Below, one piece after another: positions 21,269 through 35,417 of a stretch of DNA of 64,000 nt. The notes beneath the pieces are model-generated. The model saw only the letters and a list, made by a program, of their open reading frames with translations, was not told the DNA's origin and made no database searches. This DNA comes from Chlamydiales bacterium. Lineage in GTDB: Bacteria; Chlamydiota; Chlamydiia; Chlamydiales; JAAZZY01. Location: contig CBDBKM010000013.1 of NCBI GenBank assembly GCA_965206695.1, positions 1 through 64,000 on the forward strand. Reading direction: 5' to 3'. How positions within the stretch are numbered: the stretch's first letter is position 1; every line of letters begins with the position of its first letter. A program made the translations under genes and the position numbers.

Positions 21269-21607
21269 ATGAAGCCAAGTTTTAGAAAGACGAAAAAGAA
21301 TCATAATAGTTCAGAACTAACATCTCATCATATTAAAAATTTATTGCCCGATGTCCTAAAAAAAATTGAACATAATTTTTTACTGCATACCGATCAGATT
21401 TTAGACGCATGGCCGGAAATAATTGGTGAAGAATTTGCTCCTATGACTCAAGCGATTTCATTCAACTCCGGTGTTTTAATCGTCAAAGTTGCTAATTCTA
21501 CTCTTTATAGTTTGTTAGCTCAGAATGAAAAATTTAATATTTTAGCTCGGTTGAAAAAAAAATTTCCTAAGATAAGTATTCAAAATATTGTTTTTCGAAT
21601 GCATTAA
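21269..21607 (+). CDS. DUF721 / DciA-family protein
   Basis: WPEIIGEEFAPMTQAISFNSGVLIVKV motif; lies upstream of gyrB. Confidence 0.8.
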   Translation: MKPSFRKTKKNHNSSELTSHHIKNLLPDVLKKIEHNFLLHTDQILDAWPEIIGEEFAPMTQAISFNSGVLIVKVANSTLYSLLAQNEKFNILARLKKKFPKISIQNIVFRMH

Positions 21608-21666
21608 CTTACAGTTATAAATAAGGAAGTAATTTTTATATACAAACTAAAAAATCAATGAAATAA

Positions 21667-24195
<2,529 letters not shown>

Positions 24196-24242
24196 CTCTT
24201 TTAATATAGTTTTTAATTTACCCAAGAGGAGCTTTTAAAAAT

Positions 24243-26780
24243 ATGTCCTATGTGAAAGACGAAAGTATTATGCCTCGGAATGTCGAAGATGAAATGAAGG
24301 AAAGTTACCTTCGTTACTCCATGTCTGTCATTATATCTCGTGCTCTTCCTGATGTGCGTGACGGTTTAAAACCTTCGCAGCGTCGTATTTTATTTGCTAT
24401 GCGTCAATTAAGCCTTTCTCCGGGGGGTAAACACAGAAAATGTGCTAAAATTTGTGGTGATACTTCCGGAGATTACCACCCTCATGGAGAAGGTGTTATT
24501 TACCCTACTCTTGTGCGTATGGCACAAAATTGGGTGATGCGTTACGAACTTGTTAATGGCCAAGGTAATTTTGGATCGGTTGATGGCGATCCACCTGCTC
24601 AGATGCGTTACACAGAAGCAAGGCTTACTAATGCTTCTATGCAGCTAATGGAAGATCTAGATAAAGATACAGTTGATGTGACTCCTAACTATGATGAGAC
24701 CAAGAAAGAGCCGACTGTTTTTCCGGCTAAATTTCCCAATTTATTATGTAATGGCTCTTCCGGCATTGCGGTTGGCATGGCAACGAATATCCCTCCACAT
24801 AATCTTCATGAATTGATTGAAGCAACCGTGTTAGTTTTGGAAAACCCTCAAACTACGATTGACGAAATTATGCAGGTGATGCCGGCTCCGGACTTTCCTA
24901 CCGGCGGTATGATTTGTGGGTATCGAGGAATAAAGGAAGCTTATCATACCGGAAGAGGTAAACTGATCTTAAGAGCGATTTTCGAAGTAGCCGAAAAAGA
25001 TGAGAAACATACCTTAATTGTAGAAGAATTACCCTATGGTGTAAATAAAGCCAATTTAATTAAGTCTATTGCTGATCTTATAAATAGCAAAGATATCACA
25101 GGTATTAGTGATCTAAGAGATGAATCTGATAAAAGCGGTTTGCGTATTGTCTTTGAACTAAAACGTAACGAAGTTCCGGATGTCATCATAAATCAGCTAT
25201 ATAAATTTACTGATATGCAGGTAACTTTCGGCTGTAATCTTTTAGCTCTTGATAACGGATTGCCAAGAGTTATGAATGTTAAACAATTTCTCTCAGCTTG
25301 GATAGAGCATAGAATAGGAGTCGTTCGCAGACGTACTCGTTTTGAATTAAATAAAGCAGAAGCTAGAGCTCATATCTTACAGGGGTATCTAAAGGCGATT
25401 GATAATCTAGATGAGGTAGTTAAATTAATTCGTTCTCAGCCAAATAAAGAAGAGGCTAAAAAAGAATTAATCGCTCGCTTTCAATTTTCAGAGAGGCAAG
25501 CAAGTGCTGTTTTAGAATTAAGGCTGTATCAACTAACCGGCTTAGAACATGATAAAATTCAAAATGAATATGATGCTCTATTAAAGAAAATTGAAGAGTA
25601 TAAAGCTATTTTAGCTAGTGAAGTACTGATCCGTAACATTATTAAAGATGAGTTATTTGGAATAAAAAAATATTTCGCATCAACTCGTCAAACGAAAGTA
25701 GTAGCCGCTGAAGGTGAATTTAATATCGAAGATCTGATTCCTAATGAACCGGTTATCATTACCATTTCAGAAGATGACTACATTAAACGTATGCCTATCG
25801 ATAACTTCAAAGAGCAACGACGAGGCGGGCAAGGCATTATTGGTTTTGATATGAAACGAGAGAGCGATACCTTAAAAGGATTTTATATTGCTAATACACA
25901 TAATTATCTTCTCATACTTACCGGTCTGGGTCGTTGTTATTGGCTGAAAGCTTGGCAAATCCCGGAAGGTGGTCGACGCAGCAAAGGTAGGCCTCTTGTT
26001 AATCTATTGGAAGACCTTAAAAAAGATGAGAAAATAGCGACTATTTTACAAGTCTCTAGTTTTGATGAAAAAGCGTCTATCTTACTGGTAACTAAAAGAG
26101 GCGTGATTAAAAAAACAAATCTAGACGCTTTTAGCAATCCAAGAAGGAAAGGAATTTTTGCTTTAAATATCGATGAAGATGATGAGATGATAACCGCTAA
26201 GTTGGTGAAAGAAAATCAAGAAATTATGCTCTTTACTCGTTGTGGTATGGCTGTACGATTTGAAGAACATTTAGTTAGGCCTATGGGACGTACCGCAAGA
26301 GGAGTTAGAGGGGTTACTTTAAAAAGCAGCGAAGACCATGTTGTAGGGTGTGAAGTTGTATCAGGGGATGAGAATGTTTTAGTTCTTTGTGAGAAAGGAT
26401 TTGGGAAACGTTCTAATGTAGAGGAGTTCCGTAAAACTAATCGTGGTGGAAAAGGAGTCCGTTCAATCATAACAAGTGATAGAAATGGTTTAGTTATCGG
26501 AGCACTTGCCGTAACCGATATTGATAGTGTTGTGATTATGTCTTCTTACGGACAAACCGTTAGAGTAAGAATGGGTGATATCCGTGTTATGGGAAGAGCA
26601 ACTCAAGGAGTAAAAGTTGTCAATCTAAAGTCCGATAGTGACAATATTATTGCAGTTCAAAAAATTGAAGGAATAGATATTCCGGAGGCAGAACTCGAAG
26701 CTGTTGAAGTCGTCCCTACTTCTAATGAAGAACCTCCAATCGAGCTAAATTCAGATAAGCCAACATTAAATAAGGATTAA
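24243..26780 (+). CDS. gyrA: DNA gyrase subunit A
   Basis: [22 protein letters not shown] and the QRRGGQG GyrA box. Confidence 0.97.
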   Translation: MSYVKDESIMPRNVEDEMKESYLRYSMSVIISRALPDVRDGLKPSQRRILFAMRQLSLSPGGKHRKCAKICGDTSGDYHPHGEGVIYPTLVRMAQNWVMRYELVNGQGNFGSVDGDPPAQMRYTEARLTNASMQLMEDLDKDTVDVTPNYDETKKEPTVFPAKFPNLLCNGSSGIAVGMATNIPPHNLHELIEATVLVLENPQTTIDEIMQVMPAPDFPTGGMICGYRGIKEAYHTGRGKLILRAIFEVAEKDEKHTLIVEELPYGVNKANLIKSIADLINSKDITGISDLRDESDKSGLRIVFELKRNEVPDVIINQLYKFTDMQVTFGCNLLALDNGLPRVMNVKQFLSAWIEHRIGVVRRRTRFELNKAEARAHILQGYLKAIDNLDEVVKLIRSQPNKEEAKKELIARFQFSERQASAVLELRLYQLTGLEHDKIQNEYDALLKKIEEYKAILASEVLIRNIIKDELFGIKKYFASTRQTKVVAAEGEFNIEDLIPNEPVIITISEDDYIKRMPIDNFKEQRRGGQGIIGFDMKRESDTLKGFYIANTHNYLLILTGLGRCYWLKAWQIPEGGRRSKGRPLVNLLEDLKKDEKIATILQVSSFDEKASILLVTKRGVIKKTNLDAFSNPRRKGIFALNIDEDDEMITAKLVKENQEIMLFTRCGMAVRFEEHLVRPMGRTARGVRGVTLKSSEDHVVGCEVVSGDENVLVLCEKGFGKRSNVEEFRKTNRGGKGVRSIITSDRNGLVIGALAVTDIDSVVIMSSYGQTVRVRMGDIRVMGRATQGVKVVNLKSDSDNIIAVQKIEGIDIPEAELEAVEVVPTSNEEPPIELNSDKPTLNKD

Positions 26781-26788
26781 CTTTTTAC

Positions 26789-27457
26789 GTGAGTATTATT
26801 AGCTTAGACAAAGGCTATTTTATTACCTTTGAAGGTGGTGAAGGTGGTGGCAAATCGACACTCATAGAAAAGATCTATATTAAATGCCATGATCATGGTC
26901 TCCAAGTAATTAAGACAAGAGAGCCCGGTGGTACTCGGTTAGGAGAAGAAATTAGACATATTCTACTTACTCCTGATCTAGAAGGATGCATCGATAGAAA
27001 GGCCGAGCTTTTTCTTTTTTTAGCTGCCCGTATTCAACATATTGAGGAAGTTATCAAACCGGCATTGCGAGATAAAAAGATCGTTTTATGTGATCGATTT
27101 AATGACTCTAGTATTGCCTATCAGGGTGCCGGACGCGAGTTAGGGATTCAGGAAGTGAAGGTCTTTTGTGAATTAGCTTGTGATTCTTTTAAGCCCGACC
27201 TTGCCTTTTTTTTAGATTTGGATCCTAGCTTAGGACTCACAAGAGCAAAACAAACCGATAAGCAAGAAGCTTCTTGTCATGAAATGGACCGGATGGAAAG
27301 AGCAGCTTTTGAGTTTCATCAAAAAATTCGCGCGGGATTTCGCATCCTAGCTGAAGAAAATCCTGATACACATACGATCGATGCTACACAATCTCCGGAA
27401 GAGGTTTTTCAAGTGGCTTGGAAAACTGTGATGACTCAACTTAAAAAAGGCTCCTAA
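26789..27457 (+). CDS. tmk: thymidylate kinase
   Basis: FITFEGGEGGGKST, TREPGG, LCDRF..SSIAYQG. Confidence 0.95.
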   Translation: MSIISLDKGYFITFEGGEGGGKSTLIEKIYIKCHDHGLQVIKTREPGGTRLGEEIRHILLTPDLEGCIDRKAELFLFLAARIQHIEEVIKPALRDKKIVLCDRFNDSSIAYQGAGRELGIQEVKVFCELACDSFKPDLAFFLDLDPSLGLTRAKQTDKQEASCHEMDRMERAAFEFHQKIRAGFRILAEENPDTHTIDATQSPEEVFQVAWKTVMTQLKKGS

Positions 27458-27472
27458 AAGAAAATGATTTAT

Positions 27473-27747
27473 GATAATCAAGCGAGAAAACCCTTTGCTT
27501 TAACATTGGGATGATAGCGCTTTTCTCTTGTATTAAACAGTTCTTTTTGTTTAAATTCCTTTGTTTTTCAAAATTACCGTAGGGCATACGGAAAGGGTTT
27601 TGTAAAAACCCATAGCCTTGGAAACTGATACTACTACAAAACGAGAATAATCCTATTTTAACTTAAAGTGGACCGGTAGAGGATTAAAAGAATCTCCTAA
27701 CCGTGAGGGATAGAAATCCAACGACTTTAGTCGTTGAAGGAAGTCAA
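27473..27747 (+). mobile_element. non-autonomous IS605 derivative (left end, omegaRNA-like region, right end; no ORF)
   Basis: Follows TTTAT, ends TCAA, has LE and RE hairpins; its removal restores ATG ATT TAT GAT ATT. Confidence 0.8.
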
Positions 27748-27765
27748 GATATTAGCCCTACAATA
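27575..27765 (+). ncRNA. putative TnpB omegaRNA/reRNA scaffold plus flanking guide
   Basis: taccgtagggcatacgg and agccttgga parallel taccgcagggcagtcgg and agcctttgga at the tnpB 3' end; terminal hairpin caacgactttagtcgttg; boundaries approximate. Confidence 0.5.
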
Positions 27766-27845
27766 GAGTTAGATTATCCTGTATGGCCGGGAGATGGACC
27801 TTGTGAAAGGAGAAAATGATCTATGCATAGAAAAGGGTAATACAG

Positions 27846-29614
27846 CCGACATTCCTAGACCGTAAGATATTTTTTTTGAATTAGAATTATAGATTGCCTA
27901 TCCTGTTACTTTTTATTTGATACAAGGAGAAAAGTTATGCCGGAAGTTGCAGGAGATAATATTCAAACAGTGAACATGGATCACCATGGATTAATTGCAG
28001 CACTTTGCAGCGATCTAAAAGTAGCGGAAAGGATTGATACCGGATTAAAAAATCATCCACAAAGAAAAGTAAGTGCGGGACAGGCAGTAATTGCAATGAT
28101 TCTGAATGGATTAGGGTTTACTAATAGACGTCTCTACCTAACACATCAATTTTTTGCTTCTAAATCGATAGAGAATTTACTTGACAACGATCTTCGAGCA
28201 GAAGATCTCACAGATTATACTTTAGGTCATGCTTTGGATGATATTGCGAAATATGGGAGCAGTAAATTATTTGCTGAAGTTTCTTTTGGAATAGCCCTAG
28301 ACCATGATTTACTACAAAAAACGCATCATCTAGATACAACAAGCTTTTCCGTTCATGGGTCGTATGAAGTGAAAGATGATCCGCAAGTGATTGAGATTAA
28401 GCAGGGTTATTCTAAAGATCATAGACCTGATTTGAAACAAGTTGTACTTTCTCTCGTTACCAATGGTCCGAGTTCTATGCCTCTATGGATGGAAGCCTTA
28501 GATGGCAATAGTTCTGATAAAGCAAGTTTTCATGAGACGATCAAAAAAATCAGTGAATTTCAACAACAGATTGATGTAAAAACAAAGTTTAAGTGGGTTG
28601 CCGATTCAGCGTTATACACAAAAGAAAAGCTCTTAAAAAATAATGATTATAAATGGCTCACCCGAGTTCCCGAGATAATAGGAGAAGCAAAAAGATTAGT
28701 AGAAAAACCGGAAGAAGAAATTGATTGGATTGATCAGGAGAAAGGATATAAAACATGCAGCTTCACCTCTTTTTATGGAGGGATTAAACAAAGATGGCTT
28801 TTGGTTTTTTCAGAGCAAGCCTATCAGAGAGAGATAAAATCATTAGAAAAAAAATTGACCAAGGCAGAAGATAAAGCTCAAGAAACAACTTTGGCATTTG
28901 GGTAATGAGGAATTTAAATGCGAAAGTGATGCTAAAAAAGCTTGGGGCAGATTGACTAAAAAAAATCATTTATATTCCATGAATAGTGAGATATTGCCGA
29001 TTCTAAAATATGGTAAATTAGGCAAACCTAAACAAGGAGAGGAAAAACAAGTTGTTGGATACAAGATTCATGCTAGCTTTGAAAGGGAAGAAGAAGAAAT
29101 TAATAAACTGATGAATAGAAAAGGACGGTTTATTTTAGCTACGAATGACACCGATAGAGAAAATTATAAAGATGAGATGATGTTAGAAGAATATAAAGAA
29201 CAGGATAAGGTTGAAGGAGGGTTTCGCTTTTTAAAAGATCCTTGGTTTATGGTTGATTCTATTTTTTTAAAAACCCCTCGACGCATTGAAGCATTAATGA
29301 TGGTTATGACATTGTGTTTAATGGTTTATAATATCGGACAATATCAACTTCGACAAAAATTGATAGAAACAGAAGAGACATTACCCAACCAATTAGGAAA
29401 GGAAGTCAAAAATCCAACATTAAGATGGATTTTCCAAATTATGGAAGGTATCGGAATAATCCGTTTTTTTCAGAAGACTTCCCGGAGAATTTGTAAAGAA
29501 ATGATCACAAATTTAACCCGTCTTCGGAAAAAGATTATTGTTTTGTTTGGAAAGACTGCAATGAGGATGTATGGCTTAATTAGAAAAACTTGTTTAGAGG
29601 TCTAGGAATGTCGG
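27846..29614 (+). mobile_element. IS1634-family element, transposase frameshifted near 28870
   Basis: TIR ccgacattcctagac; 6-bp TSD ATACAG; HLDTTS, GYSKDHRPDLKQ, VADSA and VEGGFRFLK motifs. Confidence 0.92.
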
Positions 29615-30072
29615 ATACAGCTACTGTATCAACTTTAAAAGCGACCGTTCACTTAGGCGCTCATGCTGATGCACCATGTCATTATATTAAAGGGGCGAAA
29701 GGTATTTCCGAATCTAGTTTAGATCCATTATCTTGGAACATGCCAAGTGATTACCGTTAGCGCGAAACCCGGTAAAAAGATTAAAGCAGATCAGTTAAAA
29801 ACTGAAATACAAGCGCCTCGTATCTTGCTGAAGACAGGAAAACATTTCCGGAAGATTTTGCCGGTTGTTCAGATGATTTAATACATTTTTTTTATATTCA
29901 TAAAGTTATAACTATTGGTATTGATAACACCCGGTATTGATCTTTATGGGGAATGTGCACAATTGCCTGCTCATAAACCGGCATTTGGATTGTATGAATT
30001 GATAGCCCTTCCTCTGAAACTAAAAGATTTTGATGCAAACCCTGTTAAGGCAATCTTAAGAAAAAAAGAGAT

Positions 30073-31152
30073 ATGAAAGAAATACTTGGAAATGCCTCTG
30101 CTAAAGACTACCTTGAAAGAATACTTTCAAAAGAGCGTATTCCCCATGCTTTATTATTTTCAGGTCCTTTTGGTATAGGTAAAGGGCTTATTGCTAAAGC
30201 CTTTGCTAAGAGGGTTATTGGTAGTCAATTTCCTAATCAAATAGATAAGATCGAAAATGATAACCACCCGGATGTGCATTTCTATCATCCCACCGGAAAA
30301 ATGGCGATGCATAGTATCGATAGTGTACGCTCTCTGTGTGAAGAGGTAGCCCTTACTCCTTATGAAGCTAGCCGGAAGTTTTTTATTATCCATGATGCAG
30401 ATAGGATGTTGCCAACAAGTGCAAATGCCTTATTGAAAACATTAGAAGAAGCCGGTAATCACAGTGTAATTATATTACTAACCAGTCATTTTGAAGGCTT
30501 ACTTCCTACTATTGTCTCTCGTTGTCAGATGCTCCCTTTCTATCCCATCAAGGAAAGTCTTATTACCGATTTTTTAAAACAGCGATTTTCAAATAACAAA
30601 GAGAATTGTAAAAAAGTTGCTTACTTAGCTCAAGGCTCTATTTCTAGAGCGTTGGATTTAATCGAGCAAGAAAATGACAAAACTTATGAATATCTCTTGA
30701 ATCTACTTTGTAAAGGTAAGAATTTAGGCTATCAAGAGTTACTTAGCCTTTGTCAAAAAATCCATGAATCTTTAGAAAACGATTTTAAATTGCAGGAAAA
30801 AAATCAAGAGAAGACCCTCACAAAAAACTATCCTGATTTAACAGCGTTAAATAAATCTTATATGCTTAAAGGGGCTGAAGGGGATGTTGCACTAAAGTTT
30901 AGAAGGCGAGCTTTTTTTCTTTTTGAGACCATTTTAGCCTGGTATCGGGATCTTTACCTCCTGAAAAAAGGGGTGGATGATAAGTATTTAGTCCATTCCG
31001 ATCATAGAAAGACATTATTAGTCTTATCTAACCAACAAGAGACCCCTTCCCTATCAGAGGTTCATTTAGCCCTTTTAGAGGCTAAAGCAGCTTTTGAGCG
31101 TTCTATTAAATTCAATCAATGTCTTGAATCCTTGTTTCTTAAGCTATTATAG
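30073..31152 (+). CDS. holB: DNA polymerase III subunit delta'
   Basis: HALLFSGPFGIGK, HPDV, ANALLKTLEE, LLPTIVSRCQ; tmk-holB synteny. Confidence 0.9.
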   Translation: MKEILGNASAKDYLERILSKERIPHALLFSGPFGIGKGLIAKAFAKRVIGSQFPNQIDKIENDNHPDVHFYHPTGKMAMHSIDSVRSLCEEVALTPYEASRKFFIIHDADRMLPTSANALLKTLEEAGNHSVIILLTSHFEGLLPTIVSRCQMLPFYPIKESLITDFLKQRFSNNKENCKKVAYLAQGSISRALDLIEQENDKTYEYLLNLLCKGKNLGYQELLSLCQKIHESLENDFKLQEKNQEKTLTKNYPDLTALNKSYMLKGAEGDVALKFRRRAFFLFETILAWYRDLYLLKKGVDDKYLVHSDHRKTLLVLSNQQETPSLSEVHLALLEAKAAFERSIKFNQCLESLFLKLL

Positions 31153-31264
31153 ATTAATTTATTAATTAAATTGAGTTTGTTTGATTAAATTTTATTGTTG
31201 TTGTCAGGTAAAACTTTAATTTTAACGTTTTAAATAATAATTTTTATTGTTAATTCTATAGAAT

Positions 31265-31392
31265 AGACTTGTTGCGTAATAAAAGTTGTATCAGTTTGGC
31301 TCATTTTAAAAGTCCTTTAATCATCTGTGCACCTTTATATTTTTCTGAAAAACTTATCAAAAACCATTAAAAATTTAAATCGCAACAAGTTT
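31265..31392. mobile_element. 128-bp MITE (IS5-like ends)
   Basis: TIR agacttgttgcg / cgcaacaagttt; 3-bp TSD AAT; partial second copy at 35533-35586. Confidence 0.7.
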
Positions 31393-31416
31393 AATCGCAT
31401 CTTTTGAGATCGTAAT

Positions 31417-31449
31417 AAAAAGAACCTCTTATTAAAGAGGTTCTTTTTT
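31417..31449. terminator. intrinsic terminator (bidirectional form)
   Basis: aaaaagaacctctt-atta-aagaggttctttttt. Confidence 0.75.
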
Positions 31450-31589
31450 CATTTAGTTAGATCAAACTCCTTTCTTTAGCATTTCAAATGTGCTACAAGT
31501 CGTATCTGAAAAGCTAATGGGACTTATTCTCATACAAATGTCGATTATGATCGTCTTTGTTTCTATCAACCTATTTATTGGAATGTCTT

Positions 31590-32348
31590 ATGGAAGCCAA
31601 AGAAAAGTTAAAGTCTAATATAAACAATGCATTTTATGATCAGTTAAAAGAGCTGTGGTATAAATCAGGAAACCATCCTGTAGCCTTATTAAGACAGGAA
31701 TCGAAATTATTAAATCCTTGGATTATTCAAGAGATAGAAAAAGAATTTGGGACGTTTTCCAGGTCCGTTTTAGACATCGGTTGTGGAGGAGGATTTCTAT
31801 CGAATGCATTGGCTGAAAAAGGACATACGGTAACAGGCATTGATCTATCACAAGAGAGCCTTGATATTGCTAAACAATATGATGCAACAAATACGGCCAG
31901 TTATTTACAAGCCGATGCTAAAATGTTACCTTTTGAAGAGAATAGTTTTGATATAGCAACAGCGATGGACTTTCTGGAGCATATAGAAGATCCTAAACTT
32001 GTTATAGCGGAGGTATCAAGAGTCTTAAAACCCGGAGGGCTATTTTTCTTTCATACCTTTAACAAAAACTTCTTTAGCTGGCTAATTGTGATTAAGGGGA
32101 TAGAATGGTTTGTGCAAAATACGCCGAAAAATATGCATGTTTATGACCTTTTTATTGATCCTAAAGATTTAACGGAGATATGCAGCCTTAATCGACTTAA
32201 CGTCAAGAATTTAAATGGGATTAGACCTGCTTTTAGGCAAAAAGCTCTTTGGAAGCTCCTTTCGACCCGTCAGGTTCCTGAAGACTTTAACTTTATATTC
32301 ACCTCATCTCTTTTAATTGCTTATGCCGGTGTAGCGATTCAAGTATAA
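31590..32348 (+). CDS. ubiG: UbiG-like SAM-dependent O-methyltransferase
   Basis: VLDIGCGGGFLS, DFLEHIEDP, LKPGGLFFFHTFN. Confidence 0.7.
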   Translation: MEAKEKLKSNINNAFYDQLKELWYKSGNHPVALLRQESKLLNPWIIQEIEKEFGTFSRSVLDIGCGGGFLSNALAEKGHTVTGIDLSQESLDIAKQYDATNTASYLQADAKMLPFEENSFDIATAMDFLEHIEDPKLVIAEVSRVLKPGGLFFFHTFNKNFFSWLIVIKGIEWFVQNTPKNMHVYDLFIDPKDLTEICSLNRLNVKNLNGIRPAFRQKALWKLLSTRQVPEDFNFIFTSSLLIAYAGVAIQV

Positions 32349-32636
32349 ATATTTAATTTAGAGAATCCATATGCCAAAACAAAACCTATGGCTTTAATCA
32401 TAAAACCTCTAGATGTAACGGCTTTGATAGCTCTCGGCATGAGTCGAGTGATTAAGCTAATAGAAGTTTCTTATAGATTGTATCACTTGTTTAAGTGATA
32501 CCCTAATCTCTAAAAGCTAAATATTCTTTAGAGTCACTTCTTTTGAGGGTAATCAATTCAATATTGTCTTTTTTCAGCTCGGTTTTATGACAATTAAACG
32601 AGAAAACCCACCTTTTTAAGAGTGGGATGAAAGTGT

Positions 32637-33041
32637 CTATTTGTTTTTTTGATTCCGTATATACTTTCTGATTGTATATTCATTTAATTTTCCAACACTA
32701 TCAACATAATAAGACCGTGTCCACAGTGTGGGTAACCCGGATCTTAAGCTTGAAAATCCTTGCCTTAATATTCGGCTTGTATATCCCTTAAGTTGTCCTA
32801 TGAAAAATTGTGGCGAATATATAGGCTTGGTATTTAAAAAAATATGTACGTGATCAGGCATAATATTCAGTTCGTGAATCTCTATACTTAGTTGTAGAGC
32901 TTTTAATTTTAATAATTCCTTTAAACGAACAACAATATCACCTTCAAGAACCTTTCTCCTATATTTAGGACACCAAATAACATGGTAACTAAGGTTAAAA
33001 ACTGCTGTTTTAGAGGTTTTCCGTCTTTCCGGATAGACAAT
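32637..33041 (-). CDS. tnpA: TnpA Y1 transposase; canonical start codon not evident
   Basis: Same as copy 1 (HUH DHVH, catalytic Tyr). Confidence 0.78.
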   Translation of the reverse strand: MVYPERRKTSKTAVFNLSYHVIWCPKYRRKVLEGDIVVRLKELLKLKALQLSIEIHELNIMPDHVHIFLNTKPIYSPQFFIGQLKGYTSRILRQGFSSLRSGLPTLWTRSYYVDSVGKLNEYTIRKYIRNQKNK

Positions 33042-33070
33042 ATATATGTACCGGACATATAATTCAATAC

Positions 33071-34165
33071 ATGATGATCAAAAAAGCATATAAATTCAGA
33101 TTCTATCCAACGAAAAAACAAAAGGAGTTGCTTGCAAAAAGCTTTGGATGTTCTAGAGTTGTATATAATCAAGCTTTAAACTTTAAGATCAAGAAATATC
33201 AGGAATACAAAGAGAATGTAAGTTATTCTAAAACATCGGCATTCTTGACAAGTCTTAAGCAAAACAAAGAGTTTCTTTGGTTAAACGAAGTTTCTTCTGT
33301 TTGTCTGCAACAAAGTCTTAGAGATCTTGATAGAGCTTTTTTAAACTTTTTTAAAAAAAGGTCAAATTTCCCTCGCTTTAAAAACAAACACAGTACGCAG
33401 GCAATACGATTAACTAAGTCAGCATTTAGTTGGGATGGGGTTAATCTTAAGATTGCAAAATCTAAAGACAGATTAAAAATACATTGGTCAAGGTGTTTTT
33501 TAGGTACACCAACAGGTATAACAATCACAAAAGACTCTTGTGACAGGTATTTTGTGAGCCTATTAGTAGAAGAAGAAGTGATCCCTTTTGAGAAGAGAAA
33601 TAATTCTGTCGGTATAGATTTAGGATTAACGACATTCGCAACTCTTTCTACAGGGAAAAAGATTACGGCACCTAAACCTTTTAGATTTCATAAGAAAAGA
33701 CTAAAAAGAAAACAACGTTCTCTTAGCAAAGCTAAAGTCAAAGGTAAAAACAGACTCAAAAAAAGAAGATCGGTGGCTTCGATACATTCGAAGATAAAAA
33801 ATATAAGGCAGGACTTTCATCATAAACTTTCTACAAAGTTGGCTCGTGAAAACCAAACGATCACGATAGAAGGGTTAAATATTAATAAGATGTTAAAAAA
33901 TAAAAAACTTTCCAAGCATATATCGGATGCAGGATGGAGCCGGTTTTTAACATTTTTAAAGTATAAGTGTGAATGGTACGGAAGAAATATAGTGGAATTA
34001 GATCAATTTTTTGCTAGTTCAAAACTATGCTCTGCCTGCCGGTACCAAATAGAAATTTTAGATTTAAGTGTGAGAAGTTGGCAGTGTCCAAACTGCAAAG
34101 TAACACACGATAGAGATCTTAATGCATCTATTAATCTCGATACCGCAGGGCAGTCGGTAATTTAA
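33071..34165 (+). CDS. tnpB: TnpB RNA-guided endonuclease
   Basis: Intact RuvC D-E-D and Zn finger. Confidence 0.93.
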   Translation: MMIKKAYKFRFYPTKKQKELLAKSFGCSRVVYNQALNFKIKKYQEYKENVSYSKTSAFLTSLKQNKEFLWLNEVSSVCLQQSLRDLDRAFLNFFKKRSNFPRFKNKHSTQAIRLTKSAFSWDGVNLKIAKSKDRLKIHWSRCFLGTPTGITITKDSCDRYFVSLLVEEEVIPFEKRNNSVGIDLGLTTFATLSTGKKITAPKPFRFHKKRLKRKQRSLSKAKVKGKNRLKKRRSVASIHSKIKNIRQDFHHKLSTKLARENQTITIEGLNINKMLKNKKLSKHISDAGWSRFLTFLKYKCEWYGRNIVELDQFFASSKLCSACRYQIEILDLSVRSWQCPNCKVTHDRDLNASINLDTAGQSVI

Positions 34166-34739
34166 GCCTTTGGAGATCATGTTAGACTAGCTTGTTTGTT
34201 AGCAGTGGTCGATGAATTAGGAATCCCTTCCCTTTAGGGTTGGGAGCTGTCAAACAATCAATACATGAGATAAGACCCGCTTAAATCATTTTATCTACAT
34301 TTTCGATATTTCATGAATTAATCAATTGTTAAACCTATTGGATACTTTTCTAAAATAACTTTTATACAATCCTTATGGTATGTGTGGTCTTTAATTATAG
34401 CAAAATCCGGATGTACAGAGGTTGGATTAAAGTCCGAATTTTCCTCAAAAATCTTTTGAATTTCCGGATGATCTTGATTTTTAATTGCTGTGTGAAGCTC
34501 TTTATCAAGTAGTTGAGATGTATGAATAGGGATACAAAAGAAACTATAGAATAACCTTGCATCACAGTTTACTATATTGTGATTTAATTATCATTCGTTA
34601 ATAACAACATATAAATAGAAGCATTAAGAGATTATTAAAGTCCGGTTATAGTTCAATTAGTTTATTATAGCAATTAACTATATAAAATAAAATTTCAAGC
34701 ACAGCTCTATTTATCCAATAAAGCTATGTTTGAAAGGTT

Positions 34740-35417
34740 TTATAGGATTTGTATTCCTTTATCCTTCATTGCTAAAATTGCTTGATTAGAGCCTTCAGAT
34801 GAGACTCCTTCAGAAGCGTTTTTAAGAAAATAGGTTTGATAAGAGTCAGTGGCATCTAAAGCTGTTTTTTTAACACAGCAATCGGTTGCAAGACCGCAAA
34901 CTAGGATGGTATTGATCTTCTGTAGAAAAAGAAGATCGGCCAAATTGGAAGCTTTATTACCTGTTTCATCAATAAAAGCGCTGTAGCTTTCGTGCTGTCC
35001 CATTCCCTTCTGGACAATTTGATGAATATGTCTTAAGTCAAGTTCAGGAGCAACTTCAGCACCCGGAGATCGTTGCACACAATGATCCGGCCATAAAACT
35101 TGCTCCTTAGCATCTATGATTCCTTGCTCAAAAGGTTGCTTTCTATGAGTAGATGCAAAACTAATATGCCCTTCCGGATGCCAATCTTGAGTTGCAATCA
35201 CTAAGCCGGCATGTTCTTTTACGAATTTAGCCACTTTATTAGCCACTGCTATGGCTTGCTTACCACCGGTTATAGCTAGAGAGCCACCTTCACAAAAGTC
35301 ATTTTGCGGATCGACTATAATTAAAGCGGTATGTTGATAATCGAAATTTTTATCTTGGATATTACTTAATAATTGTTGATATTTTATTGTTACGTCGTCA
35401 TCAGAACTAACTAACAT
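34740..35417 (-). CDS. pncA: nicotinamidase/pyrazinamidase
   Basis: VDPQNDF, QDWHP, WPDHCVQ, KG, YSAF, GLATDCCV. Confidence 0.9.
   Translation of the reverse strand: MLVSSDDDVTIKYQQLLSNIQDKNFDYQHTALIIVDPQNDFCEGGSLAITGGKQAIAVANKVAKFVKEHAGLVIATQDWHPEGHISFASTHRKQPFEQGIIDAKEQVLWPDHCVQRSPGAEVAPELDLRHIHQIVQKGMGQHESYSAFIDETGNKASNLADLLFLQKINTILVCGLATDCCVKKTALDATDSYQTYFLKNASEGVSSEGSNQAILAMKDKGIQIL

Larger units (their letters stand above)
27464..30076 (+). pseudogene. kynB: kynurenine formamidase / cyclase-family gene disrupted by two elements plus frameshifts
   Basis: Rejoined sequence reads MIYDISPTIELDYPVWPGD...TVHLGAHADAPCH...YELIALPLKLKDFDANPVKAIL. Confidence 0.75.
32589..34253 (+). mobile_element. 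IS200/IS605 element, copy 2
   Basis: TTTAT at 32584-32588, ends TCAA at 34250-34253; near-identical to copy 1. Confidence 0.93.

Noticed and set aside
34310..34560. Minus-strand frame with an ankyrin-like LHTAIKNQDHPEIQKI helix
   Set aside because: No start codon and only one weak repeat; at most an unidentifiable gene relic
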